Source: Squalus acanthias
Lineage: Eukaryota
Assembly: GCA_030390025.1 (NCBI GenBank)
Contig: CM059432.1
Span: forward strand, 73,038,001-73,102,000
Reading direction: 5' to 3'
Length of the DNA: 64,000 nt
Part shown: in pieces, positions 38,319 to 49,362 of the stretch
Layout: each line of letters begins with the position of its first letter
Position numbering within the stretch: position 1 is the stretch's first letter
The notes under the pieces: generated by a model
Seen by the model: the letters and a program-made list of their open reading frames with translations, nothing else
Databases searched by the model: none
What the model was told of the DNA's origin: nothing
Made by a program: the position numbers and the translations under genes

Positions 38319-39062
38319 GGCCCCGATATTTACGGGGAGGCGGGGAGGATGCAGAAGAGGCAGAAAACAACCGAGGAACCCAGCAGGATCTCATTAACAG
38401 TTTTTTGTTCAGTTTCCCGCCCAGTAGCTGGCCAAATGGGCAGCCTTGCCGGCCGGCGATGATAACACCCGTGGCATGAGACCGCAGCCAGGGACCCTTG
38501 GGGATGGTCCGCGGCAATCGGGGGGGGCGGGGAAGGTTGGCAATCGGGACTGGGAGAAAGGGGTCGTCGATAGGGGAGGGGGGAGAGGCCACGATTGGAT
38601 GCAGGGAGAGAGGCGGCGATCAGGAGATGGTGAGAGGCTGCGATCGAGAGGGTGAGAGAGGCCGCGATCGGAAGGGGGGAGAGAGGCCGCGATCGGAAGT
38701 GGAGAGACAAGTCGGCAATCGGGAGGGAGGCTGGTGATCAGGGCTGGGGGAGGCCGAAGGCTTCCTTGAGGGGCCTGGGGTGACCACTCCAACTCCTCCT
38801 GCCCCACAAGGAGTGCTGAATAAAGTACTTACCTTGTGGATCCAGCAGCTCCTACTTTCTTTTCACTGCCAAGTTTCCCAACCCCGGGAAACCCGTGCAG
38901 CAGCAGTAAATGTTAAATTGCTCTCAATTGCACTGTTGGAGCTTAATTAAATGTCCCACCTCTCCCCGTGTTCGGCGTGTTGGGAATGCGTTCCCCGTAT
39001 TTAATTCTTTAACACCCCCACGATCCTCTCCCACCCGTCGTGGGGGTGTTAATATTGAGGCC
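38319..39062. mobile_element. Harbinger-type MITE family F with degenerate minisatellite
   Basis: TIR GGCCCCGATATTTAC / GTTAATATTGAGGCC; flanks CAC/CAT; gagaggccgcgatcgg repeats at 38510-38730. Confidence 0.8.
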
Positions 39063-39875
39063 CATATATTGATACTGTTGCATAGTGAAACAGTAGAGGC
39101 AAATTATAGTAAATTAAGGGAGTGGATATTGAAATGCATGGCTTGATTGGCGGAAAAGGCTCGAGGGGCTGAATGGCCTACTCCTGTTCCTATGTTGATT
39201 CCTTGACTTTGCGCTCTTTATCATCTGTACCTTAAATATGTATACTTTACACTTTAATGTAATACTGATTTACTCTCTATTAGATTCAATATAGACATGG
39301 GAGGTGGTACTACTATAGAAGATTTAGGATACGGGGGGAATGAGGTTTGTTGGGTCAAATGTCCTTTTCTTGCCTGTGACTTTTCTTATGTTCTTATATC
39401 GAACAATTGGAATTGTGGCTCTATTTGATTGGATATACAAAATGATGCTGTTCAATCTAATAACCAGCTTTTACACATGTACCCATAGTTCAAGTTATTA
39501 CAGAGCAAGTAATTTTACTGTCCATAACTCAGTAGCACAAATGCATTTTAACACAGCTAGCTTTTGATATTACTTCACAGTACTTATTCCTTTTAACTTC
39601 TTTTCTTCATCTGCAGCTTTTGGTTTCTATTTCAGTCTGCAGAGTTGATTACCACAAAAACAAATCAGAAACCTACACAGTACTGTTAAAGTGAAGATTC
39701 TGAAAGATTGTTTGTGGTCCCTAAGTTTATTTGTAAGATATATCTTTTATTTAATTGATCTTTTCTTTACCGTTTTAATGTTTTTGACAGTAGTTCTAAG
39801 ATAATATTGAACAATTAGTCCTTTTGGTGTTTTTTTTTTAATCGAAAGCTGCTTATATCCTCTCTGCATACTGAG

Positions 39876-42800
39876 CTTGAATAAAGGAGACTATGATGGC
39901 ATGAGAGCAGAATTGATTAAAGTGGACTGGGAAAATAGATTAAAGGGTAAGACGGTACATGAGCAGTGGTGTTCATTCAAGGAGTTATTTTACAACTTTC
40001 AAAATAAATATATTCCACTGAGGAAAAAAGGGTGTAAAAGAAATGACAGCCATCCATGGCTAAGTAAAGAAATTAAAGAAAGTATCCAACTAAAAACAAG
40101 GACATATAAGGTAGCCAAAGTTAGTGGGAGGATAGAAGATTGGGAAGTCTTCAAAAGACAACAAAAAGTAACTAAAGGATTGATTAAGAAAGGGAAAATA
40201 GACTATGAAAATAAATTAGCAAAAAATATAAAAACAGATAGCAAGAGTTTCTATAGTTATATAAAAAGAAAAAGGGTGGTTAAGGAAAACGTAGGTCCCT
40301 TAGAGGATGAGACCGGGAAATTAATGGTGGGAAACATGGAGATGGCAAAAATGCTGAACAAATATTTTGTTTCAGTCTTTACGGTAGAGGACACTAAGAA
40401 TATCCCAACACTGGACAAACAGGGGGCTCTAGTGGGGGAGGAGCTAAATACGATTAAAATCACTAAGGAATTGGTACTCAGTAAAATAATGGGACTCAAG
40501 GCGGATAAATCCCCTGGACCTGATGGCTTACATCCTAGGGTCTTGAGGGAAGTGGCAGTAGGAATTGTGGATGCTTTGGTAATAATTTTCCAAAACTCCC
40601 TGAACTCAGCAAAGGTCCCGGCAGATTGGAAAACTGCTAATGTAACACCCTTATTTAAAAAGGGTTGTAGGCAGAAGGCTGGAAATTATAGACCAGTTAG
40701 CCTAACATCTGTGGTGGGTAAAATTTTGGAGTCTATTATTAAGGAGACAGTAACGGAACATTTAGATAAACATAATTTAATAGGACAAAGTCAGCATGGC
40801 TTTATGAAGGGGAAGTCATGTCTGACAAATTTGCTCAAGTTCTTTGAGGACATAACGTACAGGGTGGATAAAGGGGAACCAGTGGATGTAGTGTATTTAG
40901 ACTTCCAGAAGGCATTCGACAAGGTGCCACATAAAAGATTATTACTCAAGATAAAAAATCACTGGATTGGGGGTAATATTCTGGCATGGGTGGAGGATTG
41001 GTTATCTAACAGGAAGCAGAGAGTTGGGATAAATGGTTCATTCTCGGACTGGCAACCAGTAGCCAGTGGTGTTCCGCAGGGGTCGGTGCTGGGTCCCCAA
41101 CTCTTTACAATCTATATTAACGATTTGGAGGAGGGGACCGAGTGTAACATATCAAAGTTTGCAGATGATACAAAGATGGGAGGGAAAGTAGAGAGTGAGG
41201 AGGACATAAAAAACCTACAAGGGGATATAGACAGGCTGGGTGAGTGGGCAGAGATTTGGCAGATGCAATACAATATTGGAAAATGTGAGGTTATGCACTT
41301 TGGCAGGAAAAATCAGAGAGCAAGTTATTGGCCCAGAAATTGATCTCGCTCTGTTCCCGCGGGGGTAAGCCTTCCCCGCGATCTCTCACCTCGCTTGTGC
41401 TTTTTCAGATCCAGCTCGCACGAACTTGATGTTCCAGACATCAGCCGGGCAGTGCTTGCGTATCCCACCGGCGTAGTGAATTCGTGCGAGCTGTGGGATC
41501 ACGTGACTCAGTTAGAGCCAATGGCAGCACACCATCTTCCATTCATAAGTTTCACAGCACGGCTGTGAAATCTATGAATCTTACACCCCCCCAAAATAAC
41601 AGCTAAACCTCAATTAAATTTAAAAAAAAACCCATCACATTAATAAAATAAGTATAGTTAAATAAATTAACCATTTTAAATAAAAAATAAATTTTTGAAA
41701 AAATTTAAAATCTTTTAAAAAGTTATAAAAATAAACTTACCTGACTTTAAAGTCTCTAAAAAAGATATACCTGTAAAAAAAATTTCAAAAAAATACTTAA
41801 TTCACTACTTACCTTGTTAAAAGTGGGTCTTACTCCTCCTTTTTACATTTCTAAAATCTTCAGTACTTACCTGCGCGTCCAAAGCATGAAGTGCACAGCG
41901 TGCGCGCAGCCTGTAGCGCGCACGCGATGCACCGAGGAACCGCCCCCTTTTCAAAAGAGCAATTGCCGGTTTTCAGCGCATGCGCAGGGCATGCAGAAAA
42001 CCGGCAATTGCAGAGGGAATACGCGAGAGTACGCAGTGCGCACCGGGATGAATTTTTGGGCCATTATCTTAATGGCGAGAAACTGGAAAGTACTGCAGTA
42101 CAAAGGGATCTGGGGGTCTTGGTGCAAGAAAATCAAAAAGTTAGTATGCAGGTGCAGCAGGTGATCAAGAAAGCCAATGGAATGTTGGCTTTTATTGCTA
42201 GGGGGATAGAATATAAAAACAGGGAGGTATTGCTGCAGTTGTATAGGGTATTGGTGAGACCGCACCTGGAGTACTGCATACAGTTTTGGTGTCCATACTT
42301 AAGAAAAGACATACTTGCTCTCGAGGCAGTACAAAGAAGGTTCACTCGGTTAATTCCGGGGATGAGGGGGTGGACATACGAGGAGAGGTTGAGTAGATTG
42401 GGACTCTACTCATTGGAGTTCAGAAGAATGAGAGGCGATCTTATTGAAACATAAGATTGTGAAGGGGCTTGATCGGGTAGACGCGGTGAGGATGTTCCCA
42501 ATGATGGGTGAAACTAGAACTAGGGGACATAATCTTAGAATAAGGGGCTCCTCTTTCAAAACTGAGATGAGGATAAACTTTTTCACTCAGGAGGGTAGTG
42601 GGTCTGTGGAATTTGCTACCCCAGGAAGCTGTGGAAGCTACTTCATTAAATAAATTTAAAACAGAAATAGACCGTTTCCTAGAAGTAAAGGGAATCAGGG
42701 GTTACGGGGAGCGGGCTGGAAATTGGACATGAGTTTGAGTTCGGATCGGTCAAGGCCCTGTGGGTGGCGGAGCGGGCCCAGGGGCCGAGTGGCCTGGTCC

Positions 42801-42941
42801 TGCTCCTGCTTCTTGTGTTCTTTAGAGTTGAGGTTGGATCAGATCAGCCATGATCTCATTGAATGGCGGAGCAGGCTCGAGGGGCCGATTGGTCTACTCC
42901 TGCTCCTATTTCTTATGTTCTTATGTTTCTTATGTTCTTAT
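39876..42941 (+). mobile_element. Young 5'-truncated CR1 LINE (ORF2 tether and RT) with a MITE insertion and a doubled 3' tail
   Basis: Open 488-aa ORF with KSPGPDG, NYRPVSL, QHGF, LDFQKAFDKV and FADD; continues in frame after 42062; (ttcttatg)n tail. Confidence 0.95.
41330..42062. mobile_element. Harbinger-type MITE with AT-rich core
   Basis: TIR GGCCCAGAAATT / AATTTTTGGGCC; perfect ATT TSD; removing it restores CR1 RASYYLNGEKL. Confidence 0.9.
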
Positions 42942-43818
42942 GCTAAGCCTGACTCCTTGAATATCCTGGTAGTCCTTTCTGTAGTTGTAAAGCATTAAGA
43001 ATTCATGCAGCCATCATACGATTGAATCCACTGTTTTTTCCCAAAAGATCTGAAGAAGCATTTTTCTTTAGTCCCACATGACACGCTGAGCACCTACTGA
43101 TGTGACGGTTGTCAAAATGAGTGTATAATTGGCCATGTGTAAAAGCAGCCTAGCCTATACAAGAGCTAGGCACAAAGCATGCATCCAAAAAAGTATTCTC
43201 GGTACCAATCCCATAAGGTTTATGCCTGGAGTGGCTACCACTACAAATTGGCCAAAGCTATTCTTTGGTTAGATCCTCTCCAATTTGACAGAAAAAAATA
43301 CTTGGTCCTGGATTTTAACTGCTAGCAAGTTTCTGGTTTTCAGGTTTTGCAGCAAAATGAGACCCGTCCAATTGTAACGACGGGGCGTGATTTAAATCCC
43401 GCCGGCCGATTCCCATCCGTTCCGGATGGGAGGTGGACAGGAGAGTGGTGGAAGTTACTGTTTGTGTTATTAACATTATTTAGTGTGTTTGTATGCAATT
43501 CCTTTGTCTACTATTTTAACACAGAGGTTAATCCATTAAGTGTATGTCAATATTGTAAACAATAATTTCTAGGCCGTACTGTTTTGAGGTTTCAACTTTG
43601 TTCATAATATGTTTAATAAATTCAAGGGAGAATAAGACATCAATTTGATAACATCTTTCAGGAGGTCATGAACTCATTGACAAATGTGAAAAATTACAAA
43701 TACATCAAAACAGTTGTGAAATGACTATACCACTATAAATGTTAGAGCTGAATTACAAATTACTTGGGGAACCACTGACAAGCTATTTGATTAGAAAAAT
43801 AACAAATGAAGTACCTAC

Positions 43819-44061
43819 CGCAGAAAGGCAGTTTGAAAGCAGAGCTCCATCTTGGCCTAACATATTGGATACTGTTATTGCAGGAAGATTCATGTTCTGC
43901 GGGTTGAATTGAAGTAGCCCATTCTGAGGCATTGAGTGGCAGATTGAGTGGTAGCCAGACTCTGTGTCAGACAAGTGAAGAAGTGAATGGTCTGGCATGG
44001 TAGGAGGAGTAATAGGAGGGATATCAAAATCCTCATCTCCGATGCTTGGGACTGGATAAGT
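43819..44061 (-). CDS. TOX: TOX internal coding exon (equivalent to human exon 3), 243 bp, phase 0/0
   Basis: Translates TYPVPSIGDEDFDIPPITPPTMPDHSLLHLSDTESGYHSICHSMPQNGLLQFNPQNMNLPAITVSNMLGQDGALLSNCLSA, containing the TOX-family FxIPPITPP motif. Acceptor ttttttccacag (AG at 44063-44062), donor GCG|GTAGGT. Splices in frame to the 785-507 exon. Confidence 0.95.
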
Positions 44062-44986
44062 CTGTGGAAAAAAGCAGCATTTTTAATAGATATCTTAGTG
44101 ATGATCATACATTAAAAAAAAAATCAGGGCTCCCTCAGGCAAAGTCAATATCCACCATAACTTTGCCAGAGGGATAAATGTAACTTATTATGGAATTTCT
44201 AGCCATAAGTGTTGATAGTTGTTATCAAGCAGAATTTACCATTTTATTTTGGAGAGTATTGTACAAGCACTCAATTCAGACAGCATAAGGGATTGAATCA
44301 TATATTTGATGAATCCAAACGTGCCCATGTACACGCCAAACCACACAATTCTGGAATCCAGACTTAAGTTTCTAAAATAAAAAGAAAACTAGAAATGCTA
44401 ATTGGAAACTTATGAAAGTTACTTTTTTTTTTAAACTGAAAAACATAATGCTACTTGCAATTTATTTGAAATGACTGAAAATTAGAATAAGGGTTTAAAA
44501 AGTGATTTAAACCTGTCATTGGCAGTAGTGCAAAATATGCAATGGCAAATAAAGGCTGCAGTGTGTGTAATGCAAATCAATGTCATCATGCAAAGTGGTA
44601 ATGAGTGCCTCATTCTTGATGGTATACAAAACAATGAATGTCTATGCTGAATATGAGGACTTTTAAATTAGTTAGTGGCAGTGAGTTGCTGAACCATACA
44701 GACCAAGAAGTTCTTCAGGTTTGAGTCAACAGTAAAGAAATACTTGTACTTTATCACATCTTCAGAAACATCCCAAAGCACTTCACATACTATGAATTAT
44801 TTTGATGCAGAGCCGCAATCATCAATCAATCAATTTTGAACTGAATAGCCAAAATAGTAGAATAAAAGTCAGAGGCAGTGGTTAACAAATTATATAGTGC
44901 TCTGTCTCCAGTTCTTGTCACTGAGACACAAAGGAGATATTCAAGTGTTGAGGCAGTGTAGAGAAGAGCAAAAAGGCTGCTCCCTA

Positions 44987-45785
44987 GGGGGTAGTTTTAA
45001 CCCCCAAAAACGGGTGGGTTTGGATCAGGTAGGGAGTTAAAATTTAAACATTTCAAATTCGAACCCAACTTGCCTCGAACACACCCACTTCCGGTTTTAA
45101 TGGAGACGGGACGGGGAGGGGGTGCGGGCGACCAATCTGCTCTCAGGAGGCGGGTCAGTTATTGAAAATTTTTAACGCGGCTGTGTGCCTCTATTTCTTC
45201 AAGCTTTCTATTTTTAACTCAGGGTCGAAGGGTCATCGACCTGAAACGTTAACTCGGTTTCTCTCTCTACAGATGCTGCCTGACCTGCTGAGTATTTCCA
45301 GCATTTTCTATTTTTAACTCATGTCGGCCGGGTTTCCCTGGCCTCGGGAAACCCGACGGGTAAAAGGAGGTGAGAAGGGCTGGAACCATAAGGTTACAGC
45401 ACTGCTTGTGGGCCAAGAGCGCAGGAGTGCTTTCTCCCAGCTCAACAAGCTAACCTGTAAATACGCCCCCCGCAAGCTGTCCGATCCCTCACCTTCACGA
45501 TCTCTGACCCCCGATATCCCCCCTAGCCCCACGATCACTGACCACTCTGCGATCACCAATTCCCTCCAATCTCCCCGTGATCTCCCCCATCCCCCTGACT
45601 CCTCGTGATTTCACTGTCAATCAGGCTGACTGTCGGGCAGGAAATCTGGAGGAAAGAAATGCAAACACGCCCTGTAAGACTGTAGGGTGTCCGGGGAAAC
45701 CCACACTTCCAGGTTTCCTGTCCATAACTCCTCTCCCTCCGCCCCCCACCCCCGCCGAAATAAATATCCGGTAAATATCGGGGCC
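44987..45785. mobile_element. Harbinger-type MITE family F (opposite orientation to the other copies)
   Basis: TIR GGGGGTAGTTTTAAC / GTAAATATCGGGGCC; reverse complement similar to 23657-24672. Confidence 0.78.
45222..45304 (+). mobile_element. Penelope-like pLTR fragment flanked by a 17-bp direct repeat
   Basis: cgaagggtcatcgacctgaaacgttaac..gatgctgcctgacctgctgagtatttccagca; TTTCTATTTTTAACTCA at 45205-45221 and 45305-45321. Confidence 0.65.
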
Positions 45786-45828
45786 ATGGTGTCAGAGGTC
45801 TGAGTTTTGAGAAAACTGGAGAAACTTG

Positions 45829-46552
45829 GGAGGCAAAATTCGGCTCCTTTCCGCCATGCCGTTAGCACCTCGGGGGGGGGGCGCTAACAGGGTGCAAAGG
45901 GCTTATTGCCCGGGAGGGGCTCCCGAGAAATTCGGCGGGGTGCTACTGAGGTGCTAGCCGATAGTGCCAAGCCCCGGGCCGCCGGCAATGACATCATCGC
46001 CATGCGCTGCGACCCCTTAGCATCCCACCACGACTCCTTACCTCCCCGCAGCAGAAATTCGGCTGTGTCCTGCGAGGCTGCCGCAGGTGGTGTCAGCGCC
46101 AGCCTCATGGGTCGTGAGTCGGGCCGATCTCCACTCACGGGGCACTAATTAAAGGGAGGTGCGGCCGTGACCCACGCTGCCATTTTATTATTTTTGGCCG
46201 ACCTGCAGTGTGTATCGGTGCAGGGCTGCAGCCATGGCACCAATCCGCCCTGGTGGGCTAGTGTGGGCCATTGGAGGCCCTGCAAAGCTCACAGCGTCCC
46301 TCCCCTTTAACGGAAGGGGAGGGGCGCTGTCACTCATCAGCGCTATGTGGAGCAGCCGCCTAGCACTCCGGCACTACCGTGCCCCAGACACCGCCCCGAG
46401 AGGAAGTGGAGCGCCCGAGATAGCGCTCTGCTTCCTCGCCGGGGTGGTAAGCCGAATTTAGCGGCCGGGGTGGTACCTCTGCGCCGGGCGCTAAATCTCC
46501 AGTGATAATTCGGTTACCGCCCCCAAACGGGTCGTGACCGAATTTCGCCCCC
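45829..46552. mobile_element. Harbinger-type MITE (related to family A)
   Basis: TIR GGAGGCAAAATTCGG / CCGAATTTCGCCCCC; perfect TTG TSD. Confidence 0.88.
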
Positions 46553-48229
46553 TTGGACTTTATCGTCTTGAAAGCAGGCATCTGAGAGGTGATGCTACAG
46601 AGGTATATATGACAGTACGCAGTATGGAAAAGATAAATCCAAGAAATCACTTTGAACTAAGTTGCAAGACTAGGATAAGCGGACAGAAGTTCAAATTAGC
46701 AAGTGGTACATTTATGATTGATGTCGGGAAGCTCGTCACAAAAAAAGCAATCAAGACATGGAATGGATTCTAGGTACAGTAGTGGAGGCAAAAAGCCTGG
46801 AATCATTTAAGGAACAATTGGATGTAGCAATGGGGAAAATTTAGGGTCTTTGTATATGGATGAATTAAGATGGGCCAAATGGCCGTACTCATTCATAATT
46901 GTCTTGTGATCTGTGAATGCAGTGACTGTTGTTATTTAGGCAAACACAGGAGCTATTTTTATGTACTGCAAGATTCCACAAACAGAGTAATGAAATGAAT
47001 GGCCAGTTAATCTATTTTTGGTAGTAATGAGTGAGGCAGGAATATTGGCCAGGTAGTAAGAAAACTCACTGCTTTGTGAATATTGTCAAGAGATCTTGAA
47101 CATCCACTGATCATACCAGACAGCGCCTTGGTTTAATGTCTCATCCAAAAGATGGCACCTTTGACAATGCAGCACTCCTGCAGTACTTGACTGAAGTATT
47201 AGCCTATATTATGTGCCCAAGTCCTGGAGTGGGGCTTCAACGTCTAATTCAGAGGTGAGAGTGATACCAACATGAGCCAAGCTGCCACTCAAATTCCTGG
47301 TATCGAACTTGAACCCACAGCCTTCTGACTCAGAACCAAGAGTGTTATCAATGGAGTGAATCCCAGGGGAGCTACGATTGGCCTCAGGGCCCTAGCTACA
47401 GCAAAGAGAATCTGCCAGGCTTACATAGGAACTGAAATAGATAATGTGGCACATCAAACCTGCTGTGCTAGTTTTTGTTGGCTATGACAGCTCTACCGTT
47501 TTAGTCCAGCGACGTTTCACTAGGGTGATACTTGGGATGAAGGGGCTGAGTTATGATGAAAACTGGGTAAATTTGGGTTATATTCCCTGAAGATGAGGAG
47601 GTTAGGGGATGATCTGATTGAGGTGTTTAAAACACTGAAGGGAATTGGCAAGATAACTAGGGATTGACTCTTCCTTGTAATCGAGCATGCCTCCTCCATT
47701 TGTCTCAAAACCTGCAATCAAAGAACAAATGCCAGAGGAATATGCACCACACAGTATCAAATATCGCAGCACAAAGACACTGAGTTAGCAGATGGAGTGC
47801 AGCTTTAAGCTGATGATGCAGATGTAAGATAATTTGCGCTTAAACAGTAAAACTAAAAAGGTCACCAGCGATTACCCTGCTAAGAAAAGATAGGAAGAAA
47901 ATCTTTTTACTTTAAAAAAACTGCCACAAACATTTCAGCGCTGAACATCTCGAACACTTTTCAGATGCTCAAGACATATTATGGGGCTTTACCCTAATTT
48001 AAATAAAAATCCTTAATGAGTTTTGTGCACAGCACAGGCATAAGCTCCATGCATTCAAAGCATGTGCCCATTGCATTCACATTTGAAAAGCAGATCAGGC
48101 TTTTGCTATTACTCCTGATAATATCTGCAAGTTTTTCATACTCCGTTTTTGTCTTCTTTATCTGTTTCTTAGAAAATTATAGAAAGCAACAAAATGAGTC
48201 TAAGTCCTTATTCTTGCATAAGTCTTTTA

Positions 48230-49080
48230 TTTAATCTGGGTCCTAACCATTCACATAGACCCTGGTTGCATCACCCAGAAGTACGTCATTTTCCTATTAA
48301 GTATGCATACCTGTTTTGTAATCCACTAATTACCTCTTGAATGACTGTATTGCTAGTCTGTACATTTACCAACTAATAATTTCTCCCACCCTATTCCAAC
48401 CAAATTTCATCTTTATTCCTTCAAAATTAGTCTGATTTATATTCAAATTCTTGATTTGACATCTTCCTTTCTCTCCTACAAGTCTGATAGTGATTTCAAT
48501 CATATTATGGTCATTATTCTCTTACTAATAAATCACTAACTATTTTGCCTATCATAACTAACTTGAGTTTCACCAGCTCCCTTGAAAGGTTTGGTGTTTT
48601 TGAAAACTATCTTAAATGCATTCAATAAATCTATTTTCTTTCCTATTTGTATTTGAATTCACTCCCAATCTATATGGAGGTTAAATTCTCCAATTATCAA
48701 CAGACTTTTCTTCTTGCAGGCCTTCCTGATCTGCATATACGCACATTCCTTTGTTGGGTCTCACAGCAGGAAGGTCTATAAAAGAATCCCACCTGCATTT
48801 TGCATCCTTTCCTGTTCCCTAGCTCTACCCATAGTGATCCACCTGCTGATTACACTCATTTAGATCTCCTTTTCTACCATAATGATGACAGATTTCATTA
48901 ATACTACCAGTCCTTTTTCAATTTTCCCTATCTGTTCTAAAAATCCAATATCCTGATATATTTAGCCCCCAGTCTTGCCCAGGCTGTAATTGCTACCACA
49001 TCATACCCCCTAGCTTTAATTTGCTTTTGGTTGTTCTATTTTATTTATGATACTCATGTCATTTGTATAAAGACAACTTG
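48230..49080 (-). mobile_element. Ancient CR1 endonuclease-domain fragment
   Basis: Minus strand gives degenerate DVVAIT..LNISGY..FRTDRE..GDFN-like motifs; no open frame. Confidence 0.55.
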
Positions 49081-49362
49081 TTTTATTGACTGCTTTCTCC
49101 CTCTTTACAGTCTCATTTATTGATTTCCTTTGCCCGTTCATTTACCATCCTTTCTAACTTCTGTAAAACTTTCCACCTCCACTACCACAAAGTTTTCCCT
49201 TTTCCACTATCCTAACTTCACCGCCCCCACCACCCCACACCCATACCCAGGATCTATTTTTAAATTTTGATTGGTTTTTTCCCTTGCATTCTAAATCATT
49301 CCCTTATTTTCCTTTGCATGTCAGCCAGTGGCTCAGTTGGTAGCACCCACGCTTCTGGTGCT

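Larger units (their letters stand above)
786..43818 (-). other. TOX: TOX intron (~43 kb) between the two coding exons
   Basis: GT..AG boundaries and in-frame joining of two consecutive TOX exons; no intervening TOX-like exon seen. Confidence 0.85.
44890..46912 (+). mobile_element. Old CR1 3' fragment hosting two MITEs
   Basis: CLQF..GDIQ..RRAKRLLP, then a MITE, then ..LEKL, then a second MITE, then GLYRLESRHLRGD..WN and a CR1-like tail. Confidence 0.7.
44735..47290 (-). mobile_element. Deu-type SINE split by later insertions (tail 44735-44810; body and tRNA-like head 46915-47290)
   Basis: catcccaaagcacttcaca..atgcag resumes as atgcagtgactgttg..catccaaaagatggcacct..gagtgataccaacatgagccaa. 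Confidence 0.6.

Noticed and set aside
49318..49358. tRNA gene
   Set aside because: Only an A-box-like SINE head (gtggctcagttggtagcac), truncated by the CR1; no cloverleaf.
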